The notes under the pieces were generated by a model. It did not search any database and had not been told where the DNA came from. It saw only the letters and a list, made by a program, of their open reading frames with translations. Position numbers and translations under genes: made by a program. Positions 46,790-58,560 of a stretch of DNA of 64,000 nucleotides are shown piece by piece. Position 1 is the stretch's first letter, and each line of letters begins with the position of its first letter. The DNA comes from Phyllobates terribilis (lineage: Eukaryota). The DNA lies in NCBI RefSeq assembly GCF_046119375.1, contig NW_027362773.1, positions 212,040,001 through 212,104,000 on the forward strand. Reading direction: 5' to 3'.

Positions 46790-48900
46790 CTTTTTTATTC
46801 ATTTTTTTAAAAGGGTTTGGCCACTTTTGGAATACGATCTTAATAAAAATAGCCAACTTAGGTCTAAGGGGTAACGTCTCTCTTGTGGAGTCCTCGCTAA
46901 AGAAACTAATTAAATAGTCAACTTATTCAATTCTTTGTAGACGTTTTGCACCTCTTTCACTCCATAATTTGTCCACAGATGGAGAGACGTTCCTCCCCAA
47001 CCACTGTTGGATCCTAGTGGATTTTCTATCAATCTTTGGTCAAATTCTGAACACTGGTGTTGGGGTTGAAGAAGGAGAATTCACAATATTAAAAATGATC
47101 ACCTATCCTTTGGGTACGGATCGGTGGGAGTCGAATCATTGCAACCTTCAAAAATAGCACTATGAAAAGATATGTCAGAGTGGATCGGTAGACGCTTGTG
47201 CTCCATTCATTTTCTTTGAGACTGCTAGAGAACATCAAAGAAAATAGAGTGGTGGCACATTACGGGGCATTTTATAGCCCCTTCTTTGGGATCTACAAGT
47301 TACCTCCTATCCTTTGGATAGGTGATAACTTTTATTGTTGGAAATAACCCTTTAACACGCGTTTAGAAAAATGATGTTTAAAGTAGATGAGCCCTTTTAG
47401 GATTCCATCTGCTGTGTTCTATCACAAACTATGAAGGTCTTATGTGGCGACACAGTGAGTAAAGACCTACAGGTGTCCAAAAATGAGACTTGCGTTCTCA
47501 GGTGGTGGAGCTTGCACAAGTGGTGATGACGCCATGTGACACGTTGACTTACTGATGGATATGATGGAATATTTCCTGCTCCTTTCTCTATTCATCCCTG
47601 GGTTGATGTAAGACTTTAGGACACAAACCTTCCAGTCGCACCAGCGGAGCTGTTTTCCTTGGAGAGGATCCTCTTCCGTTTTGTGGTGGGTTCGGTGTGT
47701 AGTTAACACAGAGATCATCGGTTTGTTTAATGACACAGTTCTTGCTTCTTTCTCTTGCTGGGATTGAGCTGTAGGAATATGCACTTCTCAGACCCGGTTA
47801 CAGTGGATCCTTATTAGAGATGCCTTCTGCCCTTTCTTATTACTGTATGGTCAGTAGAGCATTATCTTTCCCATACTACTATTATGCATCGTTCTCGCAG
47901 CTTCCTGTAAGCTCCTTTGTTGTGGTGTCTTGTGCTACTTGTGACTGAGGTTAGAGCTCAGTCAGTATTCGTGTTCTCCGACAGACGTCTAATCCAAGAG
48001 CCCCCTACTAGTATCAGTCATTCTTCTATATTTTCTTTTCCTTCTGAATCCATTTTGGCTAAAAAAAAAAAAAAAAAACTGCGCAGATCCCTAAAGCCAA
48101 TTTCTTGCATCCGTGTTTCATGGTCTGAGTACAAATCGTGATGTATGGACTGCGCGCTGGTCTCCTAACCCGAACTCGACAGTCTACGCAGGTGTTGAGT
48201 TCAGGTTAGGGGACACTGAATTGTGAAACCGGTCTTGCAGTTGTGGCCCATACCCAGCAGCGTATGGAGAAGTAAGGAAGCAACACAGTAAAACTATGGA
48301 TGCTTCCTCCATTATGGTCTTGGGATTCAGAAGGTTTTGTGCCCCTTGACTCCATTAGACCAATTCCCCAACTTTACGAATGCAGATACTTTGGAAAGGG
48401 AATTCTGCTCGGGTTCTTGACACCTAGTGAAAAAGAGGATTGGACCAAGCGTCTCCCCTTTCTATGAGCCTGCTTGATCTGCCTTTATGGGCCACACTAA
48501 TCTTGGGTTGATAACCTACAGCTAAATTTGTTCTTGTAAAGGGGTTGTGCAATGCCTCTCGCTTCGGCATCTGACGTAGAGAGTCACTGATGATTTGACA
48601 ACCCTGCCGGTATCCAGTATCTTTCCCGATAATTAGAATAGGACACATGAACAATACCTACAGGGCGGCCGTAGGTCGCCTCCTCTACAGCGACTTTCCG
48701 TGCTAGATGTGGAAGTGAGAGGTGCTGCTCAATTGCCTTAACTGGCGCATTTTGTAAATAGGAATCTCTAAAGTCTCCCATACACCTTCGGTAGCTTTTG
48801 GCAGACAGCTGTCTCTCCCAAGACCCCATAGACGAGTGTTCAGCTCAACTTAATTTTTTTGGTATAGTAAAGATGTATTCCGGAAACAGAAGGAAAGAGC
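46790..48900 (-). mobile_element. Highly decayed L1-clade LINE ORF2 3' portion
   Basis: Minus-strand peptides DFRDSYLQNAPVKAIEQHL, ARKVAVEE and YQPKISVAHK...RLIERGDAWSNPLFH resemble, from memory, the post-RT region of L1 ORF2 in the right order; AATAAA plus A-run at about 46790-46808. Boundaries uncertain. Confidence 0.4.
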
Positions 48901-49171
48901 AAGATGGACAGATAAGCAATTTGTGTTTTAATGTAGTGCATTTTAAGAAGGGAGTTGGACAAGGGCGTAATTTGCAAGGGAAGGCAACTAGAGCATGTGC
49001 CCAACTGCAGTGTTAAGGAGGGTTGGGAGGAGAAAGATCACAAACAAGTCATTCTGACTGGGCCAGTTGATTTAGGGCTAGGGCAGCCAACTCAACCTTT
49101 GCCAAAGGGTTGTATTGTGACGTCTGGAGACAGATCTTCTTTGATGCCTACCTGCTGGTGCTGCATAGATA

Positions 49172-49535
49172 CAGTGGTGTGAAAAAGTGTTTGACCCCTA
49201 CCCAATTTATTATTCTTTTGTATGTTTGTCACACTTAAATGTTTCAGATCTCAAAACAAATTTAAATATAAGACAAAGATAATACAAGTAAACACAAAAT
49301 GCTGTTTATAAATAGTCTATATTATTAAGGGAATAAGAAATCCAAACCTACAGGGCCCTGTGTGAAAAAGTGATTGTCCCCTAAACCTAATAACTGGTCG
49401 GGTTACATTTTGTCTTTACTTGTATTATCTTTGTCTAATATTTAAATTTGTTTTGTGATCTGAAACATTTAAGTGTGACAAACATACAAACGAATAAGAA
49501 ATCATGAAGAGGGCAAACACTTTTTCACATCACTG
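49172..49535. mobile_element. Non-autonomous Tc1 MITE
   Basis: TA|CAGTGGTGTGAAAAAGTGTTTG ... CAAACACTTTTTCACATCACTG|TA; long internal arm complementarity; inner direct repeat TGTGAAAAAGTG. Confidence 0.85.
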
Positions 49536-49718
49536 TATACAGGGGTGGATTAAGAGTAGCAAGGGCCCCGGGCAGTTTAGAAGGCGCTCCCCCCCCCCAC
49601 ACACACACACACCTACCTGATGTATCACATGACATGTCACATGATCCCCTTTGATAGATCATGTGATAGCTCACGTGAAATTAATTTGGCACAATATTAA
49701 TTATAATAATTTTTTTTA

Positions 49719-50546
49719 GGCTGTGTGCCCACTATGCGTTTTTTAAGCGTTTCCGCAGCGGCAATTCCGCTGCAGAAATGCTTAAAAACGCTTGGTAGAA
49801 GGCCTGCCATGTTCCCCAATGATAATCCGCATGTGCTATGCACATGCTGCGGAAATTTCCATTGCGGATTATCATTGCGGAAAAATCCGCAGCACTACCA
49901 ATTATTTTGCGGAAGTGCGGCGCTTTCGCCGCCATTGACTTGCATTGGAACACATGGAATCCGCATCACTGCATCTGTACATGCAGAATCCATGCGTTTC
50001 AATGTGCGGATGGTACCCGGGTTGGGAGAAGAGGAGACTTTCCTCTGGACCCGGGTACCATAGAACCTGTAAAAAAAAGAATAAAATAAAAAATAAATAT
50101 TATACTTACCTTCTGATGGCCCCCGGTGTCTTTATCCGATGCGTCCTGGCTTGCCGGCAGCTCGCGATGGTCTGAAAAGGACCTGCCGTGACGTCATTTA
50201 GTCATGTGACGGGTCATCACGCGACCGCTGACGTCGGCAGGCCATCAGAAGGAAATTATATATTTATTTTTTTTTACCATTCTTTTACGGTTACACTATA
50301 TAAATCCATGCCGGTTGCATGGATTTATATAGTGTGACCAAGTTGTCAAGCACTTTCCAAGTGATGCTAAAATCGCTTGGAAAGCGCTTGACACCCGCAT
50401 GCGGAAATGCATGTGAAGAACGCTTCACATCAGCATGTCCCTGTCAGGAAAAACGCATGTACAATCCACATGCGTTTTTTCTGCCAGGGAGATGCAGAAA
50501 CGCTCAAAAAAAATCCGGAGCATTTCTGCATCGTGGGCACATAGCC
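49719..50546. mobile_element. Harbinger/Tourist-like MITE nested in the hAT element
   Basis: TTA|GGCTGTGTGCCCAC ... GTGGGCACATAGCC|TTA. Confidence 0.8.
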
Positions 50547-50581
50547 TTACATTAATTGAATGACTCAATATTGAGCACACG

Positions 50582-50880
50582 TAGCCATCTATACACGGCG
50601 GGAGGCCACACGTAGCCATCTATACACAGCGGGAGGCCGCACGTAACCATCTATACACAGCGGGAGGCCGCACGGCGCCATCTATACACAGCGGGAGGCC
50701 GCACAATGCCATCTATACACAGCGGGAGGCCGCACGGCGCCATCTATACACAACGGGAGGCCGCACGGCGCCATCTATACACAGCAGGGGGCTGCACGAT
50801 GCCATCTATACACAGCGGGAGGCGGCACGGCGCCGTCTGTACACAGCGGGAGGCCGCACGGCGCCATCTATACTCAGCAG
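50582..50880. repeat. 31-bp CpG-rich minisatellite, about 10 copies, inside the hAT element
   Basis: Unit GCCATCTATACACAGCGGGAGGCCGCACGGC; followed by (CA)n and (CACT)n microsatellites at about 50997-51045. Confidence 0.9.
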
Positions 50881-51474
50881 CAGGCCGCAATCAGTCACGC
50901 ACGCACACAAATATATACAGACATATACATACACACATAAACACATTTGAAATACAAAAATACATATAAACAGACATCACACAATGATATCAGCCTGCAC
51001 ACACACACAAACACACACACACACACTCACTCACTCACTCACTCACCATCCCCCGGCTCTGCTCCAGTGGTCCTGCTCCCGGCTCCAGTGGTCCTGCTCC
51101 TTTCCGATGCAGCACTGCAGGCCGGGTGCGCACTGCGTGACGTCACAGCTAGGAGACACGGCCGAGCACAGGGCCGTGTCTCCTAGCAGTGACGCGGCCG
51201 GGCCAGCACAGGGAAGTTAACTGCTGCAGTGCTGGCCCGGCCAAAGAAGAAGCAGCGGCCGTGCGCCGCTGCTGGGGGAGCTATCCGGGGGCCCCCCCGC
51301 CACTGTCTGCCGGACAATAATGAGGACAATCTGGCCATAGACACCCCGGAGCCCCGGACCCCTGGAGGTTCGGGGCCCCAGGCGGTAGCCCAGATCGTCC
51401 TCGTTATAATCCGCCTATGACTGTATATAACAGTTGGTATATGAAGTCTGACTGATGCTCTAGAATAAGAATGA

Positions 51475-51657
51475 GGCTACGATCACACATTCAGTATTTG
51501 GTCAGTATTTTACGTCAGTATTTGTAAGCCAAAACCAGGAGTGGGTGATAAATACAGAAGTGGTGACATTTTTCTATTATACTTTTCCTCTGATTGTTCC
51601 ACTCCTGGTTTTGGCTTACAAATACAGATGTAAAATACTGAACGTGTGAACATGGCC
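51475..51657. mobile_element. Short Harbinger-like fold-back MITE
   Basis: GGCTACGATCACAC / GTGTGAACATGGCC ends; inner arms TTTGTAAGCCAAAACCAGGAGTGG / CCACTCCTGGTTTTGGCTTACAAA. Confidence 0.75.
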
Positions 51658-52267
51658 TAAGTCAGAAAAACTAATTTCAGGTAACCTCTTACATGAAGAA
51701 GAGGGTCCTGCTTCCTTTTCCTCATAAGTCACCATCTGTGAGCTCTCCATTGCTCAAATTGATTTTTACTATTACTTTAGAAAGACATCTAAAAACTGCA
51801 ATATTAACAAAAATGCCATCCAAAGCTGCATTATTAGTACCCGAAAGACCCTTCTATCAGGGAGACGCACGGTAATCAGATCTGTAATTATTAATAAGAT
51901 GCTAAATATATTGGGCAGCAGGAAAAAACACAAACAAATCCCTGATCCGGTCGCTGTCGCTCCTTTGTGCCACCAGTCATGGGCGAAAGTCGGAATTCAG
52001 CAGGAATGTGGTGGGAGGCCGGAGACCGTGCCCTATGCACAGATCGCTACAGAAGCTATATACCAACCAAGTTAGTAATGAGAAATGGCGTTTAATCCGC
52101 TTTGTTAATTCAATTTGCTTCTATTGCAGCCTACCCTATACACTTATCGAAGAGGTTTGACCCAACCAATCGCGCATTAATAGCCTAGCCTAAGGGTGAC
52201 AATGCACACATGAGAAAAGTCTGCCAAACTTGAAAATTTGAGCAGAATCGGATGACTGTTTTATATA

Positions 52268-54316
52268 CAGTCATGACCGAAAGTGTTGGTGTCCTTGAAA
52301 TTGTTCCAGAAAATTATTGCAATTACACCTGTTTTGTTATGCAAATGTTTATTTCCTTTGTGAGTATTAGAACAACACAAAATAAACAGAGGAAAAAAAA
52401 GGTAAATTGGACATAATTTCACACAAAATGGGCTGGACAAAATTGTCAGCACCCTTAACTTAATATTTGGTTCCAGACCCTTTGGAATAAATAAATGCAA
52501 TCAATCGCTTCCTATAACCATCAAAAAACTTCTTCCACCTCTCAACTGGAATTTAGGACTCTTCTTTTGCAAACTGCTCCAGGTCTCTCATATGTGAAGG
52601 CGTCTTCTCTCAACTGCAATTTTAAGATCTTTCCACAGGTGTTCAATGGGGTTTAGATCCGGACTCATTGCTGTCACTTCAGAACTCTCTAACACTTGGT
52701 TTCCATCCATTTCTGGGGGCTTCTTGAAGTATGTTTGGGGTCATTGTTGTGACCAAGGACACAAACCCAACTTTTTAACACTGGGCACTACAACTGAGAC
52801 CCAAAATCCTTGGGTAATCTTCAGATTTCATGATGCTTTGCACACAGTCAAGGCACATAGTGCCAGAAGCAGCAAAACAACCCCATAACATATTTGAACC
52901 TAGAATCATGGAAAGGTAGAGTTGGAAGGGACCTCCAGGGTCCTCGTGTCCAACCCCCTGCTCAATGTAGGATTCATTAAACCATCTCAGATAGATGTCT
53001 GTCCAACCTTTGTTTGAAGACTTCCATTGAAGGAGAACTCACTACCTCTTGTGACAGCCTGTTCCACTCATTGATCACTCTGTCAAAAAGTTTTTTTCTA
53101 ATATCTAATCTGTATCTTCTCCCATTCAGTTTCATCCCATTGCTTCTAGTCTTTCTTTGAGCAAATGAGAATAAGGATGATCCCTCGACAGTGTAACAGT
53201 CCTTCAGATATTTGCAGACAGCTATTAAGTCTCCTCTCAGTCTTCTCTTTTGCAAGCTAAACATTCCCAAATCCTCTTATCGTTCCTCATAGGACATTGT
53301 TGGCAGACCGGTTACCATTCTGGTCGCTCTTCTCTGAACTTGCTCCAGTTTCTTCATGTTTTTTTTTTTTTTTTTTAACCTCCACCATATTTGACTGTAG
53401 GTACTGTGTTCTTTTCTTTGTAGGCCTCATTCCATTTTTGGTAAATAGTTGAATGATGTGCTTTACCGAAAAGCTTTATCTTGGTCTCATCTGTCCACCG
53501 GATGCTTTCCCAGAAGGATTTTGGCTTACTCACATACATTTTGGCAAACTGCAGTCTAGCTTTTTATGTCTCTGTCAGCAGTGGGGTCCTCCTGGTCTCC
53601 TGCCATAGTGTTTATTTCACTCAAATGTCAATGAATAGTTTGCGCTGACACTGATGCACCCTGAGACTGCAGGACAGCTTAAATTTCTTTGGAACTTGAT
53701 TGGGGCTGCTTATCCACCATCCAGACTATCCTGCGTTGCAACCTTTCATCAATTGTTCTCTGCCGTTTCTCTGCCGTCCATGTCCAGGGAGATTAGCTAT
53801 AATGCCATGGGTTGTAAACTTCTTGATTATGTTGCACACCGTGGACAAAAGAACATCAAGATCTCTGGAAATGGACTTGTAACCTTAAAATTGTTGATAT
53901 TGTTTAACAATTTTGGTTCTCAAGTCCTCAGACAGTTCTCTTCTCTTTCTGTTATCCATGCTTAGTGTGGCACACACAGACACACAATGCAAAAATTGAG
54001 TCAACTTCTCACCTTTCTATCTGGTTTCAGGTGTGATTTTCATTTTGCCCACACCTGTTACTTGCCACAGGTGAGTTTGAACAAGCATCACATGATGCAT
54101 AAAATAAAAAAAATTTCCAGTCCATTTTTTGGGTTTTGTTTGAAATTATATCCAATTTACCTTTTTTTTTCTCTGTTTTTTTTGTTGTTGTTTCAATACA
54201 CACAAAGGAAATAAGCATGTGTATAACAAAACAGGTGTCATTGCAATAGTTTTCTGGGAGAAATACTTCATTTTCTGAAACATTTTCAAAAATGCCAACA
54301 CTTTTGGTCATGACTG
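52268..54316 (-). mobile_element. Tc1-family (long IR/DR type) transposon, defective, interrupted by CR1
   Basis: TA TSD; ends CAGTCATGACC(G/A)AAAGTGTTGG with about 200-bp TIRs; minus-strand MDNRKRRELSEDLRTKIV from 53959, KNTVPTVKYGGG, ending TKY* at 52460. Confidence 0.92.
52902..53376 (-). mobile_element. 5'-truncated CR1 LINE 3' end
   Basis: MKKLEQVQRRATRM, LGMFSLQKRRLRGDLIAVCKYL, TRSNGMKL, RVINEWNRL, FKQRLDRHL typical of CR1 ORF2 C-terminus; 3' end CATGATTCT; AACCT duplicated at 52897-52901 and 53377-53381. Confidence 0.93.
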
Positions 54317-56509
54317 TAAATGTGCTAACTCCTCTCCAGCATCATATTAGGAAAAGGATTAGCCATGTTGAATGCATGTTGCATTTTTAACATGCCCAGT
54401 GCCAAGTATTCACTTGAGATGAGCTACACCCAGAAGAGGAAGTTGCCCGAACCTGCCAATTTTGGTGGGCACATCTGATGTGTATGGGGGCATCCTAATT
54501 CTCCCCCAACAAATGATGTCAAGGAAGAGAAGGATCGGATCAGTGGACTTTCAATTAGCATCTCCTCTTCATTGGAAACACATGCACTGTGAGTCGAACT
54601 GAGTGTGCATGTATATGGGGGAGTTGGGAGAAATACCGTTCCCCACCAAAGTTTTACTGAACTGAAGATCACCAGAGGCTTCTGTAAGATCTAAGTGAGG
54701 TTCAGATGGAGAATAGGGTCCAGGAGTTATGTCTGTAATTGAGATATTAAAGTATGGCTTTATTTTGGCCAACTAAAAGTGACCTAAAGTTGCAAGAAAA
54801 AAAAACACCATCTCCTCCCAACTGCCCCAGAAGACAATGATCTAGATAGATTGCAATAATTGAATTCTATATCCAAAAGGCCCATGTAGACCTCCTGATA
54901 TTTGTACCTCGGCTACTGGAACGGATCAGGATATTGCCAACAAAGAAGACTACAATAGTCGCTAAACAGAAGTGTTCATAAACTTATTTTCATCAATAAC
55001 TTTCATTGTTTAAGCCATTCTTTAAAGAAAAAAAAAACACCTGGCACTGTAAGATCTACGATGCGTGCCGAATAATAGTGCCTTTATTCATGATGATGAC
55101 TTGGATGAAGATAACATCAATTTTCAGGAGCCCGTCATCCAGGGATGCACATCATTCCTATGAAATCCACAAGTATGACAGCGGTGCAAACGTCATTAGA
55201 CGTCAGGCGGCCTCTGTGGATTCAGAATTATCTCTCCTCAGCCTTGTGTAAGACATGGAAGAGCCAATTGCACGTGCAATGCTGGAGGTTATGAAGCGCG
55301 ACGTCACCGCTGTATCTGTATACTCACCTATATGTATGGTAACGTCTCTTCTTGCAAACTAAAGAGTCTGTCACCCCCAAAACTCAAATTAAACCACTTA
55401 CATGGTCATATAGGGGACTTAGCCCTCTATGAACTTCATACTTGTAGTACAGATTTCACTAATTTAGTTTTACATTTAAAAAAAGTTCATTACGTATGTA
55501 AATAAGGGGTCCCCAGCAGAGGCATAGCTAGGGTTTTGCTTCGGGGTGGGTGTGGGGGGAGTGAAACTCCTGAGTGGGCCCTTAACCAGGTAACCCTGAT
55601 TACAACTATGGTGGCGCACCCTAATAGTGGACGTAGGAGAACCTCAGCAGATGACCGCGCTGTTATAAAAAAACATCTCTATACAAAGACCAACACTGAT
55701 GATATTACTGCCATATGGTGACCATATAGTGGAAGATAACAGTCCTGCAGAACACTAAAGAGATTACAGTACAGGTATATATTGTACCTTACAGCTGACG
55801 TTCTTTGTGATGGAGTCGTTCACTTTTCCCGTCTTTCCCGTCTGGCCCAGACCGACACGACAACTTCTTCCAGCCAGGACTCGTCTACAGAGATTACAAC
55901 AAAGACACACATTTGACTCCTTACATTTCAGGCACTGTCCCCATCTATTCTCAACCTGTACAAACTCGTCACCCTGCTGATTCCCCAATACTGAGCAGCT
56001 GCTGCCATGTCCCTATTACTGCACCTGCTGTGTGCCCTCTAGATGGTAAAAGAACCCTCTAGACTATAGAAATACCCTAGAAAACAAAGCCCACATTTTG
56101 CCCCCCTAGAAAGTAATAGTGCCCTCTGTTTGCCCCTTTGACAGTCACAATAACCTGAGTTCCCCTAGAACAATAAGTGCCCACTTAACATTTAATGTCC
56201 TGAGTCTCCCCCCATGTACAGCTCCCCTCTACACAGTATGATGCTCTCCTATACATAGTATAATGCCCCCTCACTGTATAGTACCCCCCCACACAGTATA
56301 CTGACCCCTTGGAGCCATCAGTTTGGAGGCTACTAACACTGTATGATGGCCCCCACACTATATAAAGACCCCACATTATCTCCCACACTGTATGATGGCC
56401 CCCTAAATAGCCTACATATAGTATAATGTACCAGATAGTCCCCTACATAGTATAATGCACCCCCAAAGGCCTCCATACAGTATAATGTACTCCCCATAGG
56501 CAGACTCTA

Positions 56510-57542
56510 CAGTTGTGCTCAAAAGTTTACATATCCCGGCAGAATTTTTCCTTTCTTGGCAAATTCAGGACTCTCTGAAAACTAGCGGTGTGGCTGTTTC
56601 AAGATGCACATAAGGAGGCACTTGAAGAAAAATGGTCTGCATAGTCGAGTCGCCAGAAGAAAGCCATTACTGCGCAAATGCCACTAAGTATCTCGCCTAC
56701 AATACGCCAAACAGCACAGAGACAAGCCTCAAAACCTCTGGAACAAGGTAATTTGGAGTGATGAGACCAAAATTGAACTTTTTGGCCACAACCATACACG
56801 TTACATTTGGAGAGAGGTCAACAAGGCCTATGATGAAAGGAACACCATTCCTACAGTAAAGCACAGAGGTGGATCGCTGATGTTTTGGGGATGTATGAGC
56901 TACAAAGGCACAGGAAACTTGGTAAAAGTTGAAGGAAAGATGAATGCAGCACTTTATCAGCAAATACTGGAGGTAAATTGGCACTCATCAGCCCGGAAGC
57001 TGCATATGGGACGTACTTGGACATTCCAACATAAAAATCCAAAACACAAGGCCAAGTCGACCTGTCATTGGCTACAGCAGAACAAAGTGAAGGTTCTTGA
57101 GTGGCCATCTTAGTCTCCTGATCTCAATATCATTAAGCCACTCTGGGGAGATCTCAAGCGCGCAATTCATGCTAGACAGCCCAGGAATTTACAGGAACTG
57201 GAGGCTTTTTGCCAAGAAGAATGGGCAGCTTTACCATCTGAGAAATGAAAGAACCTCATCCACAACTTCCACAAAAGACTTCAAGCTGTTATTGATGTTA
57301 GAGGGGGCAATACACGGTATTAAGAACTGGGGTATGTGAACTTTTGATCAGGGTCATTTGGATGTTTTTGGTTGTCATTAAGATTTAAAAAGATAAAACA
57401 CAGTAGTTTGACAATAAATGGCTTCACCCAACCAATAACCATGAGTGGGAGAAAAAGTTTTTTTGTTATCATTCATATTCTCTGAAACAACACCAAGAAA
57501 GGAAAAATTCTGTCGGGGTATGTAAACTTTTGAGCACAACTG
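56510..57542 (+). mobile_element. Tc1 (Sleeping Beauty-like ends) transposon with 5' internal deletion
   Basis: TA|CAGTTGTGCTCAAAAGTTTACATA ... TATGTAAACTTTTGAGCACAACTG|TA; PTVKHRGGSLMFWGC, WPS*SPDLNII, GGNTRY* at 57323. Confidence 0.93.
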
Positions 57543-57691
57543 TATATAGTAAAATGCACCCCATAGGCCTCTATTGTATAATGCACCCCCATAGGCAGTC
57601 TATATAGTATAATGTACCCCCATAAGCAGAGTCTATTGTAAAATATACCCCCATTGGCAGAATATATAGTATAATGCACCCCCATAGGCAG

Positions 57692-58126
57692 TGTTATGAT
57701 CTGCAACATGTACTAAGGAAAGATAGGGGAAAGCTGTCCCTACAGTAAGACTAAGCTGAATCCCTACGATGTAGCGGGCAGCCTGTTCCTAGTGAACAGA
57801 CCCGCCTTAGTCCTCGGCTAGTCTGAACGAAGACCTATAGAATTAAGGGAGGGGTCCGTAAAAGAACTAAGGACTGGGACAAAAATGGGACACCTCCTAA
57901 ACAGAGAAGTTGTTGCAGAACACAAAAAGACAAACTGACAAAAATGTACTAGAGGTCCCAGAGGACCAAGCGAACTTGACAGAGAAAGGAACCGAAGCAC
58001 CAGGCTAGAGAAACAGTCAAACACTGAAGTCCAGCACAGCCACAAGGGCGGAGCTGGAATATAAAGGCAGATGGTCACGTGACTGCAAAACACAAGATGG
58101 AAAAAACAAACAGGATGGTCCTAACA
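57692..58126. mobile_element. Solo LTR, 435 bp
   Basis: TGTTA...TAACA termini; GGCAG duplicated at 57687-57691 and 58127-58131 inside a minisatellite unit that normally has one GGCAG. Confidence 0.8.
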
Positions 58127-58560
58127 GGCAGCATATATAGTATGATGCACCCCCATAGGCAGAGTATATAGAATGATGCACCCCCATAGGCAGAGTATAT
58201 AGTATGATGCACCCCCATAGGCAGAGTATATAGAATGATTTACCCCCATAGGCAGAGTATATAGTATGAGGCACCCCCATAGGCAGAGTATATAGTATGA
58301 TACACGGCCATAGGCAGAGTATATAGTATGATGCACCCCCATAGGCAGAGTATATAGTATGATGCTCCCCCATAGGCAGAGTATATAGTAAGATGCACCC
58401 CCATAGGCAAAGTATATAGTATAACGTACCCCCATAGGCAGAGTATATAGTATGATGCACTCCCATAGGCAGAGTATATAGTATGATGCACCCCCATAGG
58501 CAGAGTATATAGTATGATGCACCCCCATAGGCAGAGTATATAGTATGATGCACCCCCATA
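58127..58560. repeat. 31-bp minisatellite, about 14 copies
   Basis: Unit GCAGAGTATATAGTATGATGCACCCCCATAG; more degenerate copies at 56200-56509 and 57543-57691. Confidence 0.93.

Larger units (their letters stand above)
49540..51419. mobile_element. Non-autonomous hAT-like element, 1.9 kb
   Basis: Perfect 8-bp TSD ACTGTATA (49532-49539, 51420-51427); TIR CAGGGGTGGATTA vs CATAGGCGGATTA (10/13). Confidence 0.85.

Noticed and set aside
50582-50880. CTCF-like reading of the 31-bp unit (ACAGCGGGAGGCCG)
   Set aside because: About four mismatches to the core, including key positions.
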